From the NCBI RefSeq assembly GCF_006345805.1, contig NC_042997.1, positions 5,270,001-5,334,000 of the forward strand: a DNA stretch of 64,000 bases. Reading direction: 5' to 3'. The notes beneath the pieces are model-generated. The model searched no databases, was not told the origin of the DNA, and saw nothing but the letters and a program-made list of their open reading frames with translations. Made by a program: the position numbers and the translations under genes. How positions within the stretch are numbered: position 1 is the stretch's first letter; each line of letters starts with the position of its first letter. This DNA is from Octopus sinensis. Lineage: Eukaryota. Below, one piece after another: positions 52,330 to 64,000 of this stretch.

Positions 52330-52984
52330 GTGTGTGTGTGTGTGGTGTGTGTGTGTGTGTGTGTGTATGTGTGTGTGTATGCGCGCGTATGTATGTGTGT
52401 GTGTATTAGAATAAGGAGAAAATAGAGAGGTAATTAATAAAATTAAAATCATTATAATATGAATTTCTTCAGAGGTTGTAAAGATGAACGGATTAGAAAT
52501 ACATGTCAAGATAAAGGCGATAAAACTGTTAACTGATAGCATATATTCAAAGAGACCCGTTAATTGAAGATCTCAATCTAACATGGGGGAAAAAGGTACC
52601 TATGTGTTATATGCCAAAAGTGAAAGAAGCGAAGTGTTTACAATAATATCGTAGGTACAGAGAATGAGAAAAAGTAATGGAAAAATGAAGCAGAAAAAAA
52701 CGCATGTATTTATAAATATATAATAATTCGAATCGAAACAGCCGTCAGATATGTCATATTTTATAATTAATAAGTAATTTTATTAATTATTTTTTCTCTG
52801 TTTTCTCCTTATTCTTTAATATATAAGTATATGAACAGCGGTTTATATGGTTACCGTATAGTTGAACTTACTGTAGATTGCTAACTAACCAGTATTTTCA
52901 TTGGATTTATGATCCCTTAATGTGATTTGATCCCTTTACTTGATTTACTTGACTATATGTATATGCATACATATATATATATTT

Positions 52985-53178
52985 CACCATGATAGATCAT
53001 TAGCCACTACGTACATTTTCTCTTTCTTTCTCTCCTTTTTTTCTGTGTCCCTTTCTCTAGAAGAGCGTAGGCCCGAAACGTAAAATACTTTTTCTATTCC
53101 TGAGCGTCATACTAATGCATCTGTTTGTTTTGTACACCACTTGTCTTCGTCTTTTGTTTTATTCGTAAACTCTCCCCA
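52985..53178 (+). mobile_element. Penelope pLTR-like fragment, family B, with HHR-like motif at 53051-53086
   Basis: CTTT-CTCTAGA-A-GAGC/GTAG/GCCC-GAA-ACGT-A-AAAT; a partial inverted copy of its 3' end lies at about 53395-53455. Confidence 0.65.
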
Positions 53179-53464
53179 TGCATACATATATATATATATA
53201 TATAATATATATATATATATATTATATATATATATATGCGCTAATATCGAAACGTGAGAACGAGTGCTCAAAACTGCATTGGTTGATAAATGAAACTACC
53301 ATTGATTTCGTGTTATGAGAAATCTCTCAACAATTATGAAGCCTGCCATATAGGAATGTTCGTGGTAACCTCATATATATGAATATATATATAGGGAGAG
53401 AATTCCCAAGAAAACAAAAGACAAAGACTGGTGATGTAGACAACAAACGCATGTATTATATAAT

Positions 53465-53655
53465 GATCGATAGCGTTGTGTGGGACTGCATCATGTTGCT
53501 GGAAACCAAACTGTAAACGTTCAAAGTCAACTTGAATGCTTTGCATGACAGATAGTTGCAGTAAATTCAAATAAACGCAGCCAAAGTACTGTGAAAAGAA
53601 AGCCTGTTGCACTCCCACACAACCACTGTAATATAATATAACCTATCTTTATCAA
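53465..53655. mobile_element. Duplicated Tc1/mariner transposase fragment with an internal inversion
   Basis: ORF 53334..53618(-) ..SIQVDFERLQFGFQQHDAVPH is homologous to 54254..54436(+); the flanks are in the same orientation as the 54245-54450 copy. Confidence 0.75.
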
Positions 53656-53737
53656 GTATTTATATATGTTCATATATGCTTATGCAAGCATGTATGCATG
53701 CATACATTCATACATAATTACGTACTTTCGTACGTAT

Positions 53738-54800
53738 GTACAGGGTGTTCCGAAATTTGTAACGATAATTCAAACAGCTACCCCATGTGACACACTGTCA
53801 CTGAAATGAGAAAGAAACTTGAATCTTATGAAACTGTTTTACAATGTCTCCGGGAAACGTTCCGTAACACAGGGTACATTAAGTAGCCCTACAAAGAGAT
53901 TACTTGAAACGTATTGCCTGAGTTCAAGAAAATCTATGCGGTACGTAATTTTTGAGACAAGAATTTCAAAACCAAGCATGCATTGCGTTTTGACTCACCA
54001 CCATTAGAAAGGTGACGTTTCAAGAATAGCTCGGGCTTCAAATAAGTTTATTTGGACCGATGCGTTGAGTTTTGTGTTTCAAATTTTGCGTAGAAAGGCA
54101 GAAGATACTCATTTTGCCACATAGATATTTTGAGTAATGTGGCTATATTTAATTTTATATCGCTCAATTAACCGACACATTTTCACCGACTAGGGACCTA
54201 AAAACCCACATATTACTGAAGAACCGTATCAGTTTATCTATGATTATAGTGTTGTGCGGCTTATCATTAAATGCATAAACAAGAACAGGTTTTTTTACAG
54301 TACATTGGCTGGCTTCGTTTATTTGAATTTTCTGCGACTATCTGCCATGACAAGCATTCAATTTGACTTTGAACGATTACAGTTTAATCTCCAGCAAAAT
54401 GATGCACTTCCACACAACCACTGTAATATAATATAACCTACCTTTATCAAGGTAGGCCACATTACATTATACATTATACTATTGATAAAGTTTCAAAACT
54501 GGTGGATTGGACCAACAGATCAAGTAGAAAACACTCTACTTTCACCGAAACTCGCACCACTAGATTTTAGGAAGAGTGATTACAAGATTACGTTTACGGT
54601 TCGAAAAGTGGCAACAGTCGTCAAACTGGAGGCAGCCGTTAAACAAAAAGTTGCACAACTACTGAACGGAATTTGTTTTGATGTTTGCAATGCTTACAAT
54701 TTCATTACTTCGCGTTATCAGAAGCGTTATATTAGAACTCTCATCAGTTTCGATTCACTCATTCAGAAAATAATGCAGTTCTGTCCGAAGATTCTATTAA
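53738..54800 (+). mobile_element. Tc1/mariner-type DNA transposon remnant
   Basis: TIR-like start tacagggtgttccg; decayed DDE motifs LSNVAIF..NRH..KNPH, QQNDALPH (QQDGAPPH), KFQNWWIG..LSPKLAPLDF (WPPRSPDLTPLDF). No right TIR seen. Confidence 0.75.
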
Positions 54801-54922
54801 ATTTTGAAAATGTATTTTAACCAACACTGACTAAATAATCATTCAGAATGTGTACATATTTTGGGGGGAGAAATTCTGTAATTCTATACAAATATACGAT
54901 CGCACATGCATGCATACACACA

Positions 54923-55004
<82 letters not shown>

Positions 55005-55904
55005 GACACATACATATACATGCATATACAGACGCACATATATCTAGAGATAGATACATGGTAGGATTGCTATTATATGTTCAATATTTTGCAAGAAGAA
55101 GTTCCTAGGATATATACTCACTCGTTAATTACATCGAAAAATATACAACATTTCATTTAATGTTCATTTAATACAATTATGTTTAAACTATGTTATTTAT
55201 CCCACTAATACTCGACTCGAGATATATTTTTCAATATGGTTTATCTTCTCGGTACGAACTAATTACAGGCTATTAATTATATTACATTAATTAAAGTTTG
55301 ATTTAAAAAATGATAAAGACAGTTACAAATATTTGATAATAATTAATATGGTTCATAGTTCAATTTAAATGAGATGAAAAATAAATTGAATGTAAACTAA
55401 CCAAAAGATTTCAAAATTTCTATACAAATACGTAATGCCTTCGCCGACGAGGATAGAAAAAGTTTAATCACGTCTATTCAAGTACTGACTTCGGAAGATT
55501 TGAGCTCAGAAGAATAGTTTCGGATTAAATGACACCAAGTATTCTGCTCGAAACTCTAACGACTCAGCCAATTCATCCTGCCGAGTCTGGAGGAAACACA
55601 ATCTGTGTGTGATGTAAAATGTTGTCTTGGTGTCAATGATTTCTTTTGTCCATATTGCCCCCAAAAGCCACAGGTTATCGGGTTAAGACACTTACAAACA
55701 TAGTAGAGCATATTCTTAAAAGTTTTCATGAAATTTCTGTACAATTGAGAAGACACTTCTAAAATAATGTTAATCTTCAAAAAGGGATTATATCCTGCGC
55801 TGGGAATTAGATTTACTTGCTTATATGTATGAGGGTGTGGGGATATTTGTGGGATTTCTTGCGTTGCATTGGGTGTGTGTAATATATACACAAAGTAATA
55901 TATA

Positions 55905-56073
<169 letters not shown>

Positions 56074-58000
56074 ATATGTATATATGTACAGTTATATAGG
56101 AAATTAAAAAAAGAAAATACACAAACTTTTCATAGTTTTAATATAATTTGTAATATATCGACTGGTTTCGCTTTCGCTATTCATGATATTATGCCTTACT
56201 TATTTGAATATGCATTTTCTTAAGACGAAATTTTTGCTCATGTTGGTGTGTGATGATATTCAGGAGTGAAAGACTTTACAAGTAGAAAAATAAGGGGCGG
56301 TAATTGGTTATTGTTAATGTTTTTGTTGTGGGCAAGGGAGATAACTTTCGGTAAGAGGAGGGGAAATATATGTACACACACAAAAAAAAAGGTTTCGAAA
56401 AGCTTGCACATATTATACTTTTTCTTTTCTGTTTTGAATCGGGTCAAACGCTTTAGTTTAACCAAATATTTTATGAAATATATATGCTGTATTATATTTA
56501 CAAATAAATACCTCCTCTAAAAATTACCTTACCAAACAATATTATATATAAAACCCGATACAATTATATTTGGGCACTTAAAAACTTCAATGCTAACTTT
56601 TGTGCTGGTGTTGAAACTGTGAGGAAAATGGGGGTTACGTGGCTTTCTTTCCTGTTGTTCAATCCAAACAGTATTAAACATTATTAAGCAACTGTAACGA
56701 ACATCTTTTTGGTTAGAATGCCATAAATTTAAAATCAGATCCCATCGGCTGAAAATTCAAGATAATTTCTAAAATATGTACGCTTTATAATTTAATCAAG
56801 GAAAAAAAAATCACGGAAAACGAACGCCTTCATAAATTGTCTATTGCTCAACTGTAGCTCAGTTTCATCGAGGCGTCTGGTGGACTATTCGTCTCCGTCA
56901 ACATAACTAAAATAAGTGACGCTATATGTAGAACCATGATGCAATGTAAGGTGTTTTCAATCAATATATGTCATGTTTAGAAGAAAAAGAAGTAGAAGAA
57001 AATGATGATGATGGTATTGATGATGCTGATGATACTAAACAAAGTAAATTCCCAACAATGGTTGAGAAGCTCAGGATTCAAAGCAGGTTCTGAAGGATTT
57101 TTAATTGTGACTAAAGATCAAAGCCTCCCATCAGAATCTACCAGAAATCCAATCAAATATAAAAATATGGCTTCAGAATATGTGGTGATTGGCAGCCCAA
57201 TCCTAGACACGTAAGTTTATATACACAGACATTAAAGTGTTGGGATTTATCTAACCTGGAATCGTGCTAACATTATGGAACGGCAACAGCAAAAGGAAAA
57301 AGGATGGCTTATGCATATCGCAGAAAAGTTCTTAGAGAATGATAAAACAAACATACTCTGGTATATGATATGCCAACACACAGATAGATAGATCTAGGTT
57401 AATAGACCGGATATTAAGGAACATATATGTGTATATATATATATATATATATTATTATATATATATATTATATATATATATATATAATATTATATATATA
57501 ATATATATATCCATATATACTTTCCATGAAAAATTAAATATTGCAATACAAATGTATTACCTTGCAGGCAAATAAAGCACTGTTCTCGGTTCTGTTAACG
57601 GATAGGATTTCAGGCGACTATACCAGCAGTGATGTAGCAGGATTTAAAATATTGTCCACGTATATCAAACTGAAGAAGACTAATCAATTTTAAAATAACA
57701 AACGTATTTCAAGTGTCCGAAAACTAAGTCCGAGATTATTCGATTCTGGGTTATCTATTTATCTAATGTCCTTCCTAGCCATAAGACGAATTTTTTTAAT
57801 GTTCGCTGCCCTCCAACGTCTTTGCCAGTATGTACGCACTGAAGCTAAATTAATAGAATGCTTTTTCCAATAAACATTGGTACCTTTGTACCACTACTCT
57901 CAGTCTCTCTTTTCTTTTTCTCTCTCTCTCTCTTCTCTATATATATATATATATATGTATATATAATATATAGTGAGATAGAGAGAAAGATATATATATC

Positions 58001-58033
<33 letters not shown>

Positions 58034-58403
58034 TAAACATAATATATATATATATATACATATAAGATGTACTTTTTCTTTTAATTGCTTCACTCATTTC
58101 CGAGGTCGCTATGCTGGAGCAACACCCTGTATGTTAAATATGTAGTATGATCAATTCGTATCAGGAAGCTAATGCATGCAGAGTAAAGCCGTTGGCACAG
58201 ATTGACCTTGAACTCTGCATTGCATCCGTACTAACATAATTCGTTCTAGCTCTGTTCAGCGGATTTACACTATATGCCGTGGCTTTGTTACAGTCCGGAC
58301 ACTTATTGATCAGACATCGTATAAATAAATAATATGTATACTTGGATATATATATTATATATATATATATATATACATGTATATATATATATATAATATA
58401 TTA

Positions 58404-58434
<31 letters not shown>

Positions 58435-58595
58435 CATGCATATATATACATAATATATATTATATATATATATTATATATACATACATATATTCACATAT
58501 ATAATAAACACATATATATATATATGCCATATTGATAAAAGGGTAAATAACAGAAGAAAGAAAGAGACCTCAATATTATGTAAATAGAGGAAATT

Positions 58596-59120
58596 TATCT
58601 ATACAATATGTTACATTACTCGGTAGTCAAGATAAAACTCTGAGTTCAGATGCCGAAGTGGAAATCCACAACACCATCTCTCGGTATCTGGCTATTTGAA
58701 AACGTTATGAAAAAATACCGTTAAAAATGAAGGGAAATTACTCTGTTATAACTTTGCTTTGCCTGCGTACTTATACATCGCTGCATTTTTCGTCATAAAA
58801 ATTATATAAAAAACAAAAAAATATATAAAAATATATAAAAATATATAAATCTTCTTGACATAACACAGAAAGCATGTTCTATCCGTTTTCTTTAGGGACC
58901 AAAAACGTAAACAGAAATTTCTGTTATGCGAGCGATGTATAAGTACGCAGGCAAAGCAGAGTTATAACAGAGTAATTTCCCTTCATTTTTAACGGTATTT
59001 TTTCATAACGTTTTCAAATAGCCAGATAACCGAAGAGATGGTGTTGTGGATTTCCACTTCGGCATCTGAAACTCAGAGTTTTATCTTGACTACCGAGTAA
59101 TGTAACATATTGTATAGATA
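58596..59120. repeat. Inverted repeat (about 187-bp arms: 58596-58782 and 58931-59120) with outward-facing HHR-like motifs, family D
   Basis: tatctatacaatatgttacattactcggtagtcaag.. mirrored by ..cttgactaccgagtaatgtaacatattgtatagata. Confidence 0.92.
59025..59085 (+). ncRNA. Hammerhead-like motif, family D (CCGA core)
   Basis: GATAA-CCGAAGA-GATG(gtgtt GTGG/attt/CCAC ttcgg)CATC-T-GAA-ACTC/A/GAGT-T-TTATC; the mirror copy at 58631-58688(-) has single-base deletions in the core. Confidence 0.65.
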
Positions 59121-60058
59121 TATATGCATATAATATATAATAATGCATATATATAAATATATATATATGCATATATATATATATGTATGTGTAAATATAT
59201 ATATATATACACACATAACATCTAAAATAATAATTTCCTCTCATCTATAAGCATTTACCCATATTTTGCCTCTTGTCATCTGCATTATCTGTGTTGCCCG
59301 GATTATTGGATATCGTTTTACACTGCTGATAAATATGTGTTTCCTATTATTTTCTGACTGCACCTTCTTTCTGTCTTTTTCCAAGATCATTCAACTGAAT
59401 CTACTTACAAACATTCACACACACACATATTTACACACACACGCATTCACACACACGCATACATATTCTCACATCCACATATATACTGAACTTTCTGTAT
59501 GTGTTTTTCTCTACCATGCATATCATAATTATTTTCGGAACATCTAAATTTTGCTGGAATATAACAGGCTGTGGAAAATTTTCTGAACTTCAAAAGTGGC
59601 ACTGCTTTATGAACATAAATATGGTTTGGAGATGTGACCATATCACATTTTGAATTAGCGTATGATATGATATACAAATGCATTTCACCCATGACTAAAC
59701 CAAATCTATGGGTAATAACATTCTTCCTTCCTTAATATAACTTTTAGTAAATTTCATTCCCCATTTGTCATTAATAAGTAAACTGGGTATGCACTTCTTT
59801 TTAACATGATTGTATAGTACTGAATATTTTCTAGTGGCAATATACGTCGTGAAACAGATGGTATCTATCTGAAGTTTTATATGCTACAGCCAGTTTTATA
59901 TTTGATGATATACAAAATATATCGTCTACATTATTTACATTAAGAGTACTCTAACACAACATATATAAGAATTTCTACCACACATATATATTATTTATAC
60001 ATATATATACGTGTGTGTATGTACGTGCATATGTATGTATTCATGTATATAGTATGCT

Positions 60059-60117
<59 letters not shown>

Positions 60118-60247
60118 ATTTATGAGTAACAAAACGAATGGTTTGTACCTGGTAGCTTACTGGTGAAGCACGGTCACTTTCACAGTGATCGTTAGGTATA
60201 CGGCAAATGAAAGACGGAAGATGGAATATATGAGAATTTATTATTAA

Positions 60248-60351
60248 TTACGACAATTGTTTCGACACATCTACCATCGATTCCTCTTGGGTGGGACACT
60301 TAACAGCTGGTTCAGGAGCATCCGGTGGTGTAGTTGTATCTCATCGGATGA
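60248..60351 (-). ncRNA. Hammerhead-like motif, family E (CCGA core, long stem II), minus copy
   Basis: TCAT-CCGATGA-GATACAACTAC/about 55 nt/GTAGATGTGTC-GAA-ACAATTGT-C-GTAA: 10 of 11 pairs in stem II, 8-nt palindrome, GUC triplet. Confidence 0.68.
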
Positions 60352-61784
60352 TAAATAAAAACAACTTGTTAAAATAACTGTTCCACAACTTATAAAGCTG
60401 CTCTGGCTAGGGCTAGGCGCCGTGAAAAATTCAGTATATACAATAAGCGAACATGCACCTCACTGGTAATTCCTCCAACCGTGATGCACATTGTATACCA
60501 CCATCACGTTACGGTTTAATAACTCAGATGACGATACAAGCCAGAAGAATTGGTCATAACAATGAGCTACCAACGAAAGCTCATAGACACACGACATAAT
60601 AATACAGCTGCTTGTTCCATTCTTATACAATACACTCGATCAAATAAGCCTAACAACAGATATAGTAATCAGGACGTCCTCTGTTTCAACCCGAATACGG
60701 TTTGCAAGTTTCAAACAAGATCGCTGGAAAATATTTTGCTTCTTTGGACAAGTGTTTTCCTAATTCTAATCGGTATCATGCTATTTTAAGAGACATACCG
60801 CATAAACAATAGCAAAATGCTACAAAGGTTCAATAACCCATCTACTGGTCCTAGCGGATATTTTCATTTAAATACGAAAGAAAATGTAAACCGCATTGAT
60901 AGACATCAACTACGAACAATTTGTAGTCGTAGAAAAACTTATGATACGGCTAGGACAGTAACAACGCCGTAAATGGAGTCAGGACTGCATTATATACAAA
61001 TAAATACGATAAATGCTCATGCAGAGAAAATTCAAATGTCCTTTGATGAATCGCTGTGAGTACAAATCTTGCATATGAATGTACCGTGCACAATTGTCAG
61101 ACGGCTGATTCATTAAGGAATCGTTATCGTAACCATATTGCCAGCTTTAAGACAATCAATAATAGACATTCAATATCTTTGACAGATTTTGTGTGGCAAC
61201 TGAAGTGGGATAACATGAAGTACATCATTAATTGCTCCATCGCAAGGTATGCGAAACCAAATAATATAATTCCCAAGAGCGCCCCTGTCTATTCTCTGAG
61301 GAGTCTCTGTCTATTCTGTGAACCAACGACAAGATAATTAATGGAATTTCTAAATTACTCTCGAGGTGCATGCATGCATACAAATGTACTTTCGCACAAT
61401 GCAGGGAGAAGGAATTTTGATAAACTATTAACATTATGTATTAATTTTAACTTCCCCATTATTATAAACACCAACTCAATAATTAACTCGCTTTTTGATC
61501 ATGATTGCACCAAACCTCACGTGTGCATATGCTCACATTTTATTTGGATGCTTGTATGAGTGACAGTACTCGCGCCACGAAGCTTCCCTGAGTGAGTTTA
61601 TATATAATATCTGTTAACGGTTATTTTTAATACTTTTCTCGCTGGATTGCGTGATCGTTTCTCTTTTTGCCATCTGTGATTTTATTTTTGATTTTCTATA
61701 TAAATGAAGATATTTACTGTTTTTCTCTCTACAAAAGAAAAGTTACATTGCTGATCAGTCATTTTAACGAGTTGTATTTATTTA

Positions 61785-61888
61785 TCACCCGACGAGGTAC
61801 ATGTGCACCACTAGGTGCTCCAGAACCAGTCGTTGAGTGCCCCGCAAAAGAGGGATTTATACTAGATGAGTCGAAACGATTGTCGTGA
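61785..61888 (+). ncRNA. Hammerhead-like motif, family E, plus copy
   Basis: TCAC-CCGACGA-GGTACATGT/../AGATGAGTC-GAA-ACGATTGT-C-GTGA: perfect stem I, GUC triplet, weaker stem II. Confidence 0.65.
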
Positions 61889-61948
61889 TTAGTAATAAAT
61901 TCTCGTATATTCCATCTTCCATTTGTGATATATATATATATATATATC

Positions 61949-61981
<33 letters not shown>

Positions 61982-61983
61982 AT

Positions 61984-62403
61984 GTATTAATAAAAGGAAT
62001 TCCAACCTTGTCTGATTTTCACGTTTTATTTACAATCTTATAATAATATAATATAATATAATAAAATAAAATAAAATAATAGAGTGTTAAATGTTCATTC
62101 TGATTGAACAAGTACTTTCATGCATTAAATTATGCAATCTTCAGGTTCATGTAGTAGTGGTGACAGTCATGCTTCACAATTTTTGACTCTAGCGAGATGG
62201 TTCACAATTCACCACTACTACATGAACCTGAAGATTGAATAATTTAATGCATAAAAGTACTAGTTCAATCAAAATGAACATTTAACATTCTATTATTTTA
62301 TTTTATTTTATTTTATCATATTATATTATCTTATATTATATCATTATAACATTGTAAATAAAACGTGAAAATCAGACAAGGTTGGAATTCCTTTTATTAA
62401 TAT
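61984..62403. repeat. Inverted repeat (about 180-bp arms, about 48-bp spacer) with outward-facing HHR motifs, family F
   Basis: tattaataaaaggaattccaaccttgtctgattttcacg..catgtagtagtgg mirrored by ccactactacatg..cgtgaaaatcagacaaggttggaattccttttattaata. Confidence 0.92.
62106..62148 (-). ncRNA. Hammerhead motif, family F
   Basis: GAAC-CTGAAGA-T-TGCAT/AATTTA/ATGCA-T-GAA-AGTACT-T-GTTC; the mirror copy at 62224-62266(+) has G12A and a stem II mismatch. Confidence 0.75.
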
Positions 62404-62991
62404 ATTCTTCTATACACAATCACACATACCCGTATATATATATATGTATATATATATGTTTATGTATACATACATATATATATATAAAGAATTCCATAGC
62501 CTCAATTTCCGGGAATGTATAACTAAAATGGAATCTGGATAGTGCGAGAAATTATTTTTCCTTGTTTAGAGGCTAATTAGAAATTGGAACAACGTCTTGA
62601 TATCCTCGAAGGGTTCAAAAATGTCTTTGCGACTATGTCATGAGCGTTCAAATGGTAATTTTCTGAGAATCACGTGCAAATTTAAAAACGAACTCTGTTG
62701 GTGAAGGATATAACAGAAAATGTAACCCTCTTTAACGATAAAGCAATTTATAGGAGAAATATTGTGAAAATTAATGAGTATTAGTAGATGATCTATTATA
62801 ATATTAAATTTGCATTTAGTACAAAAGCTAAACGCATGTTATGACGGATTTTCAACGTTCATGTGCTTTGCAAAAATAATGTGGTTAGAGGTGTAACTAG
62901 CAAAAAGAGAAACTGCCAAAAAATTATTGTTTGTTGTTGAATATACATCTTTACATAATCGCTTATATTTAATATATGTGTATTCAATATG

Positions 62992-63901
62992 TGTGTATGA
63001 GCGTGTATGTGCGTGTGCACGCGCGTGTGTGAATATATGTATGCACGTATGTATGCCCGCATGGTTATATGCACATTCTCTCATATATGCATAAGCAATA
63101 GATACGTCCAATCACACGTATTGTTCAAAGCATGAATGATCTTAATCTATAGAAGCTTGGTTCCTGAAAATATATATTGTACACTTTGAAGTACACTATT
63201 GTGAATTCGTACATGATTTGGAACATTCGTAATAGTAAACGTTTCATATGCATGGTTTAATTTCTTTTAAAGATATTCTCTTAGAGCATCAATCGTATTT
63301 TGCATGAAATTTAATCAAATGATTATAACATATTTTATCTTTTCACCAATGTCCATTTCAGAATGACGACAATTTTGAAAGGAAATTCGTAGATTGTGAT
63401 AAAAATTTAGATTTTGCAATTACGAAATATCGATTATAACTAAGTCGATCTGTGGCAATGTGCGTGAAATATAGTTTAGTAATAACAGAGTACATCGTCT
63501 TCTCTGTTTCGTCAATTCTTAATGCTTTCTACGGAAGTATTTACGACATATTTTGATGTAATAAAATTTAATGTTGATATCATGCTCTGTAGTGCACAAA
63601 GTCTGAAACTTCAGATAATAGAATTTCAGAAAAAAAACTATTGAAGTCGATTTCTAGAGAAATTTTTAGATGTCAGACTTATTGGATTTATTAGATTTCT
63701 CGCAATTGACGAGTTCCCAGATACTATAAATTATTAATATCTTTCTGTCTTTTTATGAATCTATCTCACTCTCTCTCAATAGGTGTGTATGAGTGTGTAT
63801 GTGCGTGTGCGCGCGCGTGTGTGAAGGGGTGAGTGTGAATATATGTATGCACGTATGTATGCCCGCATGTTTATATGCACATTCTCTCATTTATGCATAA
63901 G
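62992..63901. repeat. Direct repeat of about 105 bp (62992-63095 and 63784-63901)
   Basis: tgtgtatgag.gtgtatgtgcgtgtgc..gaatatatgtatgcacgtatgtatgcccgcatg.ttatatgcacattctctcat.tatgcataag occurs twice. Confidence 0.85.
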
Positions 63902-64000
63902 TAATAAATTGGTTGTAAAATTATCTATACCCATATTAAGAATATAACGAATTTTAAGATCAGTCAAAGAAACTTCTCTGTCGTTTACTTCGACTTGAAA

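Larger units (their letters stand above)
60230..61925 (+). mobile_element. Penelope-like element: 5' inverted pLTR (60230-60380), ORF C-terminal remnant, 3' pLTR (about 61740-61925)
   Basis: GKYFASLDKCFPNSNRYHAI (about 60726) and LRNRYRNHIASFK..SLTDFVWQLK..YIINCSI (GIY-YIG, 61130-61250); homologous repeats in opposite orientation at both ends. Confidence 0.8.

Noticed and set aside
55443-55495. CCGACGA-GGATAGA..TCTATTC-AAGTACT resembling a CCGA-type hammerhead
   Set aside because: G12-A13 is missing, position 17 is G, there is no stem I and it is single copy; chance cannot be excluded.

Overview
AT-rich, microsatellite-dense eukaryotic (metazoan) non-genic DNA. I could not support any host protein-coding exon; most ORFs in the track are translated (TA)n/(CA)n/(AAT)n microsatellites. 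The SINE families look like ones I recall from octopus/coleoid cephalopod genomes (inference, not a database match). The window is a patchwork of decayed retroelements: Penelope-like elements (RT/GIY-YIG remnants and their pLTRs), R4/Dong-like RLE LINEs sitting in (AAT)n tracts, two CR1-group LINEs, RTE remnants, an internally deleted Tx1/L1-like element, tRNA-derived SINEs, Helitron-type non-autonomous copies and a Tc1/mariner remnant. The most notable signal is a dense set of minimal type-I hammerhead ribozyme (HHR) motifs that I folded by eye: about 10 sequence families and about 21 copies, mostly as outward-facing inverted pairs, nearly all with a palindromic stem III (dimer-type). HHRs in Penelope pLTRs are established knowledge. 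What deserves follow-up is (i) a family with a compensatory G3-C8 core swap, (ii) three unrelated families with a CCGA (U4C) core, (iii) an apparently intact triple-copy HHR with a self-complementary 10-nt stem III, and (iv) a tRNA-like Pol III head joined through (AAT)n to an HHR-bearing tail, i.e. a candidate ribozyme-terminated, Penelope-dependent SINE. All coordinates were counted by hand and TE edges are approximate.
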